This document shows, one piece after another, positions 51,697 through 64,000 of a stretch of 64,000 nt of DNA. Each line of letters opens with the position of its first letter. Within the stretch, counting starts at the first letter, position 1. The position numbers and the translations under genes were made by a program. The stretch is from the NCBI GenBank assembly GCA_951406725.2, contig OX597819.1, forward strand, positions 31,000,001-31,064,000, given 5' to 3'. Source of the stretch: Octopus vulgaris (taxonomy: Eukaryota). The notes beneath the pieces were generated by a model. The model did no database searches, was not told where the DNA came from, and was given only the letters and a program-made list of their open reading frames with translations.

Positions 51697-51740
<44 letters not shown>
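50547..51740 (-). mobile_element. Helitron deletion derivative with two PIF1-like helicase fragments
   Basis: TC-TCATATATA..AGAGAGATTCTGTCTG 5'-type end near 51740; 51395-51630 IVANILTDCGK..PRIPVIP..LQFPIPLSFAMSINKSQ; 50547-50745 KLCNGTTLIV..IEANILTGCGK..LQFPV. Confidence 0.8.
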
Positions 51741-51741
<1 letters not shown>

Positions 51742-52523
51742 AAAACAAAATAGAATAGACAAGATCATAGATACACAGGACAGAAAGTTGCTGAAGAGGT
51801 CACAAAATGTGTGATGAAAGAACTTCAACAAACTACTACTAATAATCCTTTCTATTATAGGCATAAGGCCTGAAATTGTGGGGGAGGGGCAAGTCAATTA
51901 CATCGACTCCTGTGAATAACTGGTACTTAATTTATCGACCCCAAAAGGATGAAAGGCAAAGTCGACCTCAGTGGAATCTGAACTCACAATTGTCGCGATG
52001 GGTGAAATACTGTTAAGCATTTCATCCAGTGTGCTAACAATTCTGCCGGCTTGCTGCCTTAAAACTACTACTAATAATAACGGTTTCAAATTTTGGTACA
52101 AGGCCAACAGTTTTGGGGGAGGGGTTAAATCGATTGAATCGACCCCAGTGTTCAACTGGCGCTTATTTTATCGACCCCTAAAAGATGAAAGGCAAAGTCA
52201 ACCCTAGCGGAATTTGAACTCAGAACATAAAGACAGACGAAATACTGCTAAACGTTTTGCTCAGTATGCTAACGATTCTGCCAGATCACCAGCTTACTAC
52301 TACCACCAATAATAATCCTTTTCTTACTATAGCCATAAAGCCTGAAATTTTGGGGGAGAGGACTAGTTGTTTGTATTGATCCCAGTGTTTCACTGGTACT
52401 TAATTTATCGACCCCTAAAGGATGATAGGCAAAGTAAGCATCTCACTTTTTCAAGGCAACAACCTGACAGAATCGTTAGCAGGCCAGGTAAAATGCCTGG
52501 CAGCATTTTGTCCATCTTTACAT

Positions 52524-53071
52524 TCATCATCATCATCATCATCATCATCCTCGTTTAACGTCCGTTCTCCATGCTAGCATGGGTTGGACGGTTTGACCGG
52601 GGATCTGGGAAGCCAGAAGGCTGCACCAGGCTCCAGTCTTATCTGGCAATGTTTCTACAGCTGGATGCCCTTCCTAACGCCAACCACTCCGTGAGTGTAG
52701 TGGGTGCTTTTTACATGCCACCTGCACAGGTGCCAGGCGAGGCTGGCAACGGCCACGGTCGGATTGGTGTATTTTACGTGCCACCGGCACGGAAGCCAGT
52801 CGAAGCGGCGCTGGCATCGGCCACGAGTCGGATAGTGCTTTTTACGTACCACCAGACCAGGGATCCTGGCTGGTTCAATTCGATTTCGATTTCGATTTCG
52901 CTTGCCCCAACATGTCTTCGCAAGCAAAGGGGTTGGCATGGGTGCCTGTCGTCGGATGAGGTTCTATATCGACTTCGCTTGCCTCAACTGGTCTTTGTGT
53001 CCAAAGGAGGAAAGGCATGCATAAGTGGGCTGGGCTCACTTGTCCTGCCTGGTCTTCTCACGTACAGCATC
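52524..53071 (-). mobile_element. Long (GAT)n-tailed retroposon nested in a Meta-like SINE
   Basis: (CAT)n tail, three internal modules and (TCGATT)n; the host SINE resumes at CTGAGTTCAAATTCC. Confidence 0.85.
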
Positions 53072-54715
53072 TGAGTTCAAATTCCAATGAGGTTGACTTT
53101 AACTTTCATCCTTTTAATAAATTCCGCCAATAAATACCAGTTGAACACAGGGGTTGATGTAATTGATCCTCTGCCCCCAGACTTGCTGGCCTTGTGCCAA
53201 ATTTGAAACTAATATGTCCTCCAACAGAGAGAAACTGAAATTCTTGAACACAGAAAACTACTAATGGTGATATAGGATTTTCTGTTCTTTTTCTTTGGAC
53301 ACTTTGAATAAATCTTATCATGGAGTCTTTTTTTGAATTTTGTTGTCTGAATAAAAATCGTATTTAGCTTTCATTTTATTTTTGTTTTCTTTCAGAGGTT
53401 CATCAATATGGAACCAATACATTCTGTAGAAGATTATAAATATATTTCTCATTTCATTTTCAATAATGAGTATTGCTATGATTTTAAGTTTCTTTAGCCC
53501 AGAACGAATGCCATCTTTACAGGGTGCCCTGAATTATCAGTTATCAGTATGCTACCTTAATTAACAATTTAATGATAAAATAACAACGAATTCTGTCCTT
53601 TTCCTTAATGGTGTATCAACTTTGTAGGAGTCTTGATTCTTGAGATTATCTCCCATCCTCAAGTGGAGTTGGTCTTAATTGCGATTTAGTAATTGTGAGA
53701 TATCCTCTGGAGGCAGGGATAATTTTCATAAATCACATATTCATGTTGTATAGTATTTGAGATACCTTTATTTGTCTGTTGTTTATATACTGGCCACTTC
53801 CAGCTAAGATATTTCTCTCAGCTCATTTTTGTTTAGATTATACTGATTTAATTATCAACTAACAAATCAAGCAGGGTGTTCTAGAATTTAAAACTTGGTA
53901 CAATTTCTATGATAACATTAGTTTTATTAAAAGTTCACAAAATAGAATAAATTAGTTCATTGTAAGGAAGAAGAGGAGTGTAAGATTTCAAGCAGCAAGA
54001 TAAAATCTTTACTAATAGTGCCGAATAACTAGATAACATTGTTAAAAGAAAATAAATTCATTCTTCCCCCACAGAAAGTTCAGTCTAAAATGTTAGACTT
54101 CTCTTCCTCACTGCAAAATTGTTTATTTCAGTTTGTGATCTTTTTATTTGCTGACACAGACTAACAGTAATTTCCTCTGATTCTACTTTTAATAGTATTT
54201 TTATGGTTCCGTTTCCTAATGAATATGAATAAAAAATGAAAGAAATCTGTCTCATCTTGGAGCATATAATATCTAAGTCCTTGCTGATCATTCCATACTG
54301 GAGAAACTGACATAGTTGATACCTGGCTTGAAATATGCCCAGTAAATATCAGTACCCCAGGATGACTAATGGTTAAAACCAGAAAATTAGTAAAACTATA
54401 TATAATGACACATAAGTTAGGATTGAGGATATGGCTTGTAGGAGTGCATTATTTAAACTGATTCATCTATTTAGCTGTGTGGTAAAAAATAAAATTCTAT
54501 TTATGTCCTTAACTCCAAATATATGTTTCCTGTAAGTTTGGGCATTTCCCGTTCAAATCCTCTGGTTTATCTCTCTGCAGTTGATAAAGGAAAATGCCAG
54601 TAATTTATAGCTGTAGAAACACTGCCATATCTGACTGGCCTGGTGCAGCCTTCGGGCTTGCCAGACCCCAGTTGAACCGTCCAACCCATGCTAGCATGGA
54701 AAGCGGACGTTAAAC

Positions 54716-54755
<40 letters not shown>

Positions 54756-54851
54756 CGTATTTAGTGAAATGAAACTCTTATGACTCTGTTGGTACATTTT
54801 GAGAATAGTTGATATCTTCTGAACAGACATTCCCATGGTTGAAGATACAAC

Positions 54852-54852
54852 T

Positions 54853-54886
<34 letters not shown>

Positions 54887-55062
54887 CAGCAGCAGCAGCA
54901 GCAGCTACAGTGAAAGTAATGGTGGCAGTAGCGGTGGCAGCAGCAGCAGTAGTAGTAGTGGTGATGGTGGTGGTGGTGGTGGTGGTGGTGGTAGTAGTGG
55001 TAGTAGTAGTAGTAGTAATAGTAGTAGTAGTCGTAGTAGTCGTCGTCGTCGTCGTCATCGTC

Positions 55063-55093
<31 letters not shown>

Positions 55094-55196
55094 CAGCAGC
55101 AGCAGCAGCAACAGCTACAGTGAAAGTAATGGTGGCAGTAGCGGTGGCGGCAGCAGTAGCAGCAATAGCAGCTGTAGTAGTAGTAGTAGTAGTTGC
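54852..55196. repeat. Compound (GTA)/(GCA)/(GTG)/(GTC) microsatellite with internal duplication
   Basis: CAGCTACAGTGAAAGTAATGGTGGCAGTAGCGGTGGC occurs twice, ~210 bp apart. Confidence 0.92.
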
Positions 55197-55807
55197 ATTT
55201 TTAAAAATAACCTTATACATGAGAGAGAATGGAGGAATGCTCACTGCAGTCTTAAGGCATGGACAGACTAGGTAGTTGCCTGGTGACCCTAGAGGTCTAC
55301 AAGTCCAATTCTAATCTATGTATGATGTGGCTTGCTGTCAACAAATATAGGGCCCAGTACATTGATTTGCCCACAGCCCTATGATGTTGCTAAGACGGCT
55401 TTGGGAATGCTCACCTACATAAAGGATAATTGAGATTAAGGTAATTATGGTCCAGTTATACAATGTTAAGCAGATCAGCAGCTGGAGAGGTAACACAGAC
55501 AGAAAGATGTAATAAATGAAACATTTAGACCAGGCATAGGCAACCTTTCTTGAGAAGCAGGTCACATGACACATGGATGATCGTCATGTAGACTGGACTA
55601 CAAAAAGAAATTCAAAGTCATTTTTCATTAGGTGCACCATTCAGAAAGTCATGTAAGCTGCAGTTTATCCATGACTGATTTGGACCAATGACTCTGGAAC
55701 CATGTACCATAGGCATATATAGATGCATGGCAGATTTTTTCCCCCCATGTGTTGGAATATCAAACATATAGGAAAACGTATCATTCATATTTTTGTTATA
55801 CAAATAT

Positions 55808-56225
55808 CATCATCATCATCATCGTTTAACATCCGTTCTCCATGTTAGCATGGGTTGGACGGTTCGACCGGGGATCTGGGAAGCCAGAAGGCTGCACCAG
55901 GCTCCGGTCTTATCTGGCAATGTTTCTACAGCTGGATGCCCTTCCTAACGCCAACCACTCCGTGAGTGTAGTGGGTGCTTTTTACGTGCCACCTGCACTG
56001 GTGCCAGGCAAGGCTGGCATCGGCCATGGACGGATTGGTGCATTTTACGTGCCACCTGCACGGCAGCCAGTCGAGGCGACACTGGCTTCGGCCACGATTC
56101 AGATGGTGCTTTTTACGTGCCACCGACACGGAAGCCACTCGAGGTGGTGCTGACATTGGCCACGATTCGGATAGTGCTTTTTACGTATCTCCAGTCCAGG
56201 GGTCCTGGCATCTGCTGGGTGCCAG
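55808..56225 (-). mobile_element. (GAT)n-tailed retroposon with four internal modules
   Basis: Colinear with 52524-52870. Confidence 0.87.
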
Positions 56226-57184
56226 ATTAATAAAATAAGGTAAGCATATAGGCACAGGCATGGTTGCATGGTAAGAAACTTCCTTCCCAACCACATGGTT
56301 CTGAGTTCAGTCCCACTGTGTGACAGCTTGGGCAAGTGTCTGTTACTATAACCTCGGGCTGACCAAAGCTTTGTGAGTGGATATAGTAGATGGACTGAAA
56401 AAGCCCATGCCCATCATATGTAGGTGTGTGTGTGTCTTTGTGTCAGTAGATGTCTCTCACCACAGCTTGACAACCAGTGCTGGTGTGTTTACATCCCTGT
56501 AACTTAGCAGTTTGGCAAAAGAGTACTGGGGTTGATTCATTTGGCTAAAATATTCTGCAAGGCAGTGCCCCAGTATGGCTACAATTCAACGAATGAAACA
56601 AGTAAACAAGATACAGAAAATTAGTCTTTAATTTTTTTATTTGTTTTGGTCATTAGACCCATCCTTTAAACCCATTTCTAGGTTTAAACAGACAAATCAA
56701 CTGCAGCACTATTGATCCCTTTTGCTGAACCACTAGTTCAGGGATGTAAATAAACCATCACTAGTCGTCAAGCAATGTGGGAGAGGGACAAACACAAAGA
56801 CATGCACACACATGTGATAGGTTTCCACACAGTTTCCATTAGCCAAATTTACACATGAAGTATTGGTCAGCTCAGGGTAGTGGACTGAGCCTGAAACTGT
56901 GTGGTTGCAAAGAGAGCTTCTTAACCACACAGCCATGTCAGTACCTAAATATTTTAAACTTTAAAACAAGAGTTTCTTTTCTCTTAAGCTTTCCATGCCA
57001 GTCATTTTTAACTTTCCATGTGAAGTACACAAGTAATTTTTTTTTTCACTTTATTATCTCACGATAATAAGCAGCTGAGAGATGATTGCTATCTAACACG
57101 ACATCATCTCTATGATCTCTCTCAAACAGTGAGGATGTCACCGAGCCACGCTACAGATTCATTCAGTAGCTAGCTTACTGGTAA

Positions 57185-58323
57185 TCTCTTCTCTATATAT
57201 AAAACTGAAATGCGTTTTTACCGCTTGGATCGCTTTCAATGACACTACGTCCCGTCCGATTCGCTCCAAAATTTACAGGTACATGTAGAATGAGGTGACG
57301 ATGCCCGTGGGCTACCTTAGAAATCCCTATCTTAAAAGATGTGGTTGCTAGGGGCCATCTTCCTCACTCACGCTATTTCCTCCATTCCCCCCTAACTCCC
57401 CTTCATTTATAACTTTGACAAGTCCACTCCTGTTATTTAATGTAAAGTTTGTCAGACGACGTTCTTTGATGTATCTGTCTGCATTCATAGGGAGAATTAT
57501 CATCGCCACATGCCACCACCAACACACAATCATGGGAACAAATATTATGAATCAGATATTCATTGCGTTCATTTATATATGTGTGTGTGTGTGTTCGATA
57601 TATAAATATGTATATATAATGTATATATACAAAGTGTATATATCTGTATTTATGTATATTAAACTTTTTAATACTTTTTGATAGTTATATATATTTTTAA
57701 ACAAATTATAAATATAATTTAATAATTTTTATTTTAAATTTAAATAATTTAAATTTTTCAATTTTATATATTTTCTATATTATATTTTTAAAATTTACAG
57801 GGACATGTAAAATGAGGTGACGATGCCCGTGGGCTACCTTAGAAATATACATGTGTATATATATATGTATACACAGGTATAAATATATATGTATACACAT
57901 GTATATATACATATGTATATATATATATATACATGTATAGACACATCTTTAATTAAACTATTGACCGCCTTAAAACGAATTTCAACAGACAAATATTACT
58001 ATAATGGGGAATTAAATGTATTTATTTATAAACTTTAAACTGAACTTCAATTGTTTTATAAACCTAACAGCGTGGTGGTACGTAAATAAACGGCGTAAAT
58101 TAACGAAGGTATATACCTGACGTAAATACACGAAATTGACGTACTTTCACTTCTGACAACTAACAGCATGACAGTTCGTTTCCTCGGAGGATATGGAAAT
58201 TCCTATTACCCGTCAGAGAAATAACTACAGCAGCTCACAACTATTTCAACAAAGACAAGGTTACCTGCTTACCAGTCGAATTCAGCGTCAACGCTCACGT
58301 ATGAGAGAGACTCCAACACACAT

Positions 58324-58374
<51 letters not shown>

Positions 58375-58945
58375 GTGTGTATTATGTGGTCGGTCGGTTG
58401 AGCTGAAAATATGCACACCTATGTTAAAAGTGCTGGCAAGTTTGCATGACAACTATTTTTTTTCCTCAAATGAAATGCGTTACTTCTAGGACAAAATTCC
58501 TCTTCTTATAAAATGTGGCCCCAGTACACCCGAATGAAATCGGGTTATATTAACCAAAATGTGAAAAGGGGTCTAAATGGGGCTGGAAGGGGATTAAAAT
58601 TTAAAGGAGCGGGTGTTTATGAATTCTTTGTTACATCAATGCGTTCTTATATATATGTGTGTGTGTGTGTTCTATATATAAATACATATATATAATGTAT
58701 ATATACAAAGTGTATATATCTGTATTTATGTATATTAAACTTTTTAATACTTTTTGATAGTTATATAATATATTTTTAAACAAATTATAAATATAATTTA
58801 ATTTTTTTTTTTTAATTTAAATAATTTACATTTTTCAATTTTATATTTTATATATTTTCTATATTATATTTTTATTTTTATGTTTTTGTTTTTGGTTTTT
58901 CACTGTTTGATTTGCCTATTAGTGATTTTATCTCTAATTTAATTT

Positions 58946-58999
<54 letters not shown>

Positions 59000-59600
59000 A
59001 TACATTTGTATATATAATGCGTGCACACACACACACATATATACATATATATATATATAATGTGTGCATTATGTGGTCGGTCGGTTCAGCTGAAAATATG
59101 CACACCTATGTTAAAAGTGCTGGCAAGTTTGCATGACAACTATTTTTTTGCTCAAATGAAAGGCGTGACCTCTAGGACAAAATTCCTCATCTTATAAAAT
59201 GTGGCCCCAGTAGACCCGAATGAAATCGGGTTATATTAACCAAAATGTGAAAAGGGGTCTAAATGGGGCTGGAAGGGGATTAAAATTTAAATGAGTGAGT
59301 GTTTAGGAATTCTCTGTTACATCAAGTTAAAAAATTTGCGCCAGCCTTTTAATCGTCAATGTGTTGCCGTCCATGATGAAGAAGTTTTGAATGCTTGCTA
59401 TGGTGAGTCTACTGTCGTGAGAAAGAATCACTTCAAAACTTGGTGTTTACGAATTTTCTTTTACATCAAGTTCAAAATTTTACGCCAGCCGTTAAACTGT
59501 CAATACGTTGCTGTCCGTCGTTAAGAAATGCCAGCCATGGTGACTCTACTATCCTCAGATTCTATCCCTTCAAACTTTGGTTTCCAATATTTTATTATTT
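57185..59600 (+). mobile_element. Helitron-like composite with large internal duplications
   Basis: A|TCTCTTCTCTATATATAAAA start resembles the other Helitron 5' ends; three duplicated blocks; no 3' hairpin-CTAG identified. Confidence 0.5.
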
Positions 59601-59875
59601 TTATTCAGCTCGCAAGTTCGTCTGTCCCTTTTAAATGTTAGCGTTTTGCTGTCTGCCTTGAAGCAGACCTTTCCGTTGCCACTGCCTGATATTTATGATT
59701 GATCTTTCTAAATATTTTATTTCTCAACTTACTCAAGATCTTTTGTTGTTTATAAATGGGAGAGAGAGAGAGATAAAGATAGAGAGTAACAGAAAGCTAG
59801 GGAGAGTCCGAGAGAAAGAAAAGTAAGAGAGTGGGAAAGTGAGAGAGAAAGGAGAGAGAAACAAAGAGGGAGAAT

Positions 59876-60190
59876 CATCATCATCATCATCATCGTTTAA
59901 CGTCCGTTTTCCGTGCTAGCACGGGTTGGACAGTTTGACTGGGGTCTGGGAAGCCAGGAGGCTGCACCAGGCTCCAGTCTGATCTGGCAGTGTTTCTACA
60001 GGTGGATGCCCTTCCTAACGCCAACCACTCTGTGAGCATAGTGGGTACTTTTTTCGTGCCGCCGGCACAGGTGCCAGTGGGGCTGGCAGCATCCACGATC
60101 GTTTGGTGCTTTTTACGTGCCACCAGCACAGAAGCCAGTCAAGGCGGCGCTGGCAATCCGCCACGTTCGGATGGTGCTTTTTACGTGCTG
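59876..60190 (-). mobile_element. (GAT)n-tailed retroposon with three modules
   Basis: Family body and tail. Confidence 0.85.
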
Positions 60191-61409
60191 AAAGGAAGCA
60201 ACAGAAAGTAACAACCACACTCTTAACCGCGCGTAGAGCGGGTCACCTTCAGCTAGTTAAATATATTTTTTATGATAAAGACGTAGTTTTGCAGTCTATG
60301 GGTCGAACTGGCTCTTCATTATGATAAAATATTTAAAAAATTGTAATTGTCAAACTGAAAAAAAGAGGCCAAAATTGACCGAAACAAAGGTGGCTAGCTG
60401 GCAGAATCGTTAGCACATCGGATAAAAATTTTTAGAGGCATTTCTACTGGATTTACATTCCGAGTTCAAATTCTGTCAGGGTTGACTCTGCTTTCCTTCT
60501 TTCGGGGGTCGATAAAATAGTACCAGTTGAGTATTGAAGTCGATGTAATCGACTGGTCCCCCCACTCTTCGTGTTTAAGTAGAAAGTAAAAAAATTGTGT
60601 GAAACGTTCACTTTTTCTTTGTTTTTGTTTTTGTTATTGTTACAATAAAGAAACAAAATTTTTATGACACCCAACTCTCATACACAGACATGGATCTGTT
60701 GACAGAACATAACAAGTAAAATAACTGTTTATTGTAAGATCTGAAATCAATATGACATACTTAAAAATAGGTTTGGCATAATTTGTCGTAAAAATTACTT
60801 TAAAAAGAAAGGGAATTGAGGCAGAACAAACTTTGTATGAACAGTTAAATATGAATGAATGTTTATTGATGTCGAGCGTATTATGTCTGTGAGTGTGAAT
60901 AAGAGAGAGAGAGAGAGCGGGGAAAAGAAATTTGCCGAAAAGAGAAAGAGACAGCAAGAAAAATAGATAACAGCATACTTTCAAACATTATAAAAAATAA
61001 CTTCAATTTTTAAGTCAAGCTGTGATAATGGTTTCTACTGTTTTAATTTTCTGTGTTCTTTTTTAATGAGAGAAATGGATGACTGGTAGACAAACAGACG
61101 GACAAACCTTTACTTATAAAGAGGTTTTTGATATCCTTTCCGCCTCCCTCCCCCATTTCACGAAAAATTTTATCCTGTTTGAAGAGTCCGACTATGTGTG
61201 GATATGAAAATAAAATTGAATTAATGACAATTGGTGTCTCTAGAGTGGAGAAAATTTAAGATAGATGTAAGAGGTGCAAGCGTGGCTGTTTGGTAAGAAG
61301 TTTGTTTCCCAATGACATGGCTCCAGGTTCAGACCCTCTGCGTGATACCTTTGGCAAATGTCTTCTACTATAGCCTTGGGTCAATGAGAGCCTTGTGAGT
61401 GGATCTGAT

Positions 61410-61860
61410 ATTTTTGTGCATGAGAAGACCCGGCAAGACCAGTGAGAACAGTCAAAATCAAACCAAATCAACATCAGTGGAAATTGCAGCTGTGGTTAAG
61501 CGAACCATCCGATCGTTTGTCCGTTGCCAGCCTCGCCTGGCCCCCGTGCCGTTGGCACATAAAAGCACCATCCGCTCGTGTCCGTTGCCAGCCTCGCCTG
61601 GCCCCCGTGCCGGTGGCACGTAAAAACACCATCCGTTCGTGGCCGTTTGCCAGCTCTGTCTGGCACCTGTGCAGGTGGCACGTAAAAAGCACCCACTACA
61701 CTCATGGAGTGGTTGGTGTTAGGAAGGGCATCCAGCCGTAGAAACACTGCCAAACCTGACTGGGCCTGATGAAGCCTTCCGGCTTCACAGACCCCAGTTA
61801 AAACCGTCCAACCCATGCTAGCATGGAAAACGGACACTAAATGATGATGATGATGATGAT
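61410..61860 (+). mobile_element. (GAT)n-tailed retroposon with ~62-bp tandem modules, inserted in a CORE-like SINE head
   Basis: Three GTGC.G.TGGCAC.TAAAA.CACC modules, GGAAGGGCATCCAG segment and (GAT)n tail. Confidence 0.87.
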
Positions 61861-63533
61861 ATATATATATATATATATATTCTGTTAAAGGTTTTTAGTC
61901 ACACAAATCAACCCTAGGACTTATTCTTTGTAAGTCTAGTACTTGTTCTATCGTCTCTTTTGCTGAACCAAACACACCAACATCAGTTCTCAAGCGATGG
62001 CTAGGAGACAAACACAGACTCAAAGACACACACATATAAATATATACATATATATGTATGTACGACAGACTTACACTTTCTGTCCCCCAAATCCATTCAC
62101 AATGCTCTGATTGGCTCAAAGCTATAGCAGAAGGCACTTGCCCAAGGTGCCATGCAGTGGGACTGAACCCGGAACCATGTGGTTATGTATCTTTGTGCCT
62201 GTGTTTGTCCCCCACTCCACCACTGCTTGACAGTTACTTCCCTGTAATTTAGTAGTTTTGCATAACTGACCAATAGAGTGAGCACCAGGCTTAAAAAAGG
62301 AACTGAGGTTGATTTATTCAACTAAAAATTCTTCTAGGTGCTGCTCCCGCATGGCCACATTCTAATGACTGAAACAAGTAAAAGATAAAAGATATTCAGA
62401 AGTAAATGTACACCAGAGTAGATTCCTGTCAAGTTGCACACACACACACACACACATGCAAACATACATACATATCATATATATGTATGTATTTGTGCAT
62501 GCATTTATGTATGTGTGTGTTGTTGCCAGTGCCGCTGGACTGGTTCCTGTGCAGGTGACACATAAAGAGCACCATCTGAGCATGGCCATTGCCACTACCG
62601 CCTGACTGGCCCTTGTGCTGGTGGCATGTAAAAGCACCCACTACACTCTGGGAGTGGTTGGCATTAGGAAGGGCATCCAGCTGTAGAAACTCTGCCAGAT
62701 CAGATTGGAGCCTGGTGCAGCCATCTGGTTCGCCAGATCTCAGTCAAATTGTCCAACCCATGCTAGCATGGAAAGCAGACGTTAAATGATGTTGTTGTGT
62801 GTGTTTATGTATATATGTTTCATCTTTTACTTGTTGCAGTCATTAGACTATGGCTATGCTGGGGCACCATTCTAAAGAATCTTAATCAAATGTATTGACC
62901 CCAGTTAGTATTTTCTTAAGCTTGGTACTTATTCTCTTAGTTTCTCTTGTTGAACTGCCAATTCATGGTACTGTAAACATACCAACTATAGTTGCCAAAC
63001 AGTGGTGGGGAACAAAAACAAAGATACACACATATGTATATTTATATCTCCTTCCGCATGACCAGTGTTCAGCCTGCCATGATCTTTCTTTCTTGGTTTG
63101 ACTGCCAACCGATAACATCTCTTATATCCATCTCCTATGTTCCTGCCTCAAGGCTTTCACTTTATACATGCCAGCTCAATTTCATTTGTCCTCATTAGTC
63201 AAAAGACACCTGTTGTTATATTCTTGTTTGTATTTGTAATTATGAGATATGTTCTCCGTTTTTTAGTCTTTGTTGTCATACACATTTGCTTGCTTTCTTA
63301 CAAAACATTTAATGCTCTTAGCTTAGGCTTTTGGGGGGGCAACCAGACTGAACAGTCTCAAGTGTAACTGCCTGAAACTGTAAGGACATCTGGAAATCTG
63401 ACTGACGAAAGAAAGCCATGAATGACTCGTCCTTTTTTTCCCTATCCCTCTATTTGTTGTTTTTCCTGTCTGCCTTTGTATCATCTATCTCTCTGGATGT
63501 TTTATTTTCCTTTATTGCATTTTTGTTCAATTT

Positions 63534-63568
<35 letters not shown>

Positions 63569-63770
63569 TTGTCTCCTACCACTACTTGAGAACTGGTGTT
63601 GATGTGTTTACTTCCCCATAACTTAGCAGTTCAGCAAAAGAATTAGATAAAATAAGTACCAAGTTTTTAAAAAAAAAGTACTGGAGTCGATTCATACAAC
63701 TAAAATACTTCAAGGCAATGCCCCAGCATGACTACAGTCTAATGACTGAAATAAGTAAAAGATAAAAGAT

Positions 63771-63825
<55 letters not shown>

Positions 63826-64000
63826 ATATGATGGGCTTTTAGATTCCATTTATCAAATCTACTCACAAGGCTTTTGTTGGACTGAGGCTATGGTAGAAGA
63901 TACTTGCCCAAAGTACCACACAAAAGGACTGAATCCAGGATCATGTTGTTGGAAAGCAAAAAGCAAACTTCTTACCACACAGCCACATCTGTGCCAATGT

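Noticed and set aside
53370-53440. Plus-strand terminal exon after a strong TTTCAG acceptor
   Set aside because: Only 13 codons to a stop, no upstream partner, and the pyrimidine tract is expected from the local strand bias.
54567-55275. Longest ORFs (225-aa Thr/Ala mucin-like; 146-aa poly-Val)
   Set aside because: Products of trinucleotide microsatellites running into a SINE tail; no supporting splice or domain evidence.
55975-56185. CRISPR-like repeat-spacer array
   Set aside because: The spacers are related to one another, the array is internal to a eukaryotic retroposon and there are no cas genes. The same reasoning applies to 36155-36490.

Overview
AT-rich, microsatellite-laden eukaryotic DNA. 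The SINE families are those I associate with octopus genomes; that assignment is recognition, not a database result. No intact protein-coding gene is recognisable. Most of the window is a nested patchwork of four or five SINE families, decayed RTE-type LINE fragments, a Penelope-like GIY-YIG remnant, a decayed Tigger/pogo transposase, TTAA (piggyBac-like) MITEs, GG-ended MITEs with 8-bp TSDs and telomere-like cores, Helitrons and a possible solo LTR. A few small exon candidates and a CpG-poor/CpG-rich boundary near 39.5 kb suggest a long-intron minus-strand gene. The most interesting signals are fold-back elements carrying minimal hammerhead-ribozyme motifs, one with a compensatory G3:C8 core swap. 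Also notable are a tandemly repeated pseudoknot-like module in one retroposon family and a 37-bp micro-transposon with a perfect TSD. All alignments and translations were done by eye, and boundaries of decayed elements are approximate.
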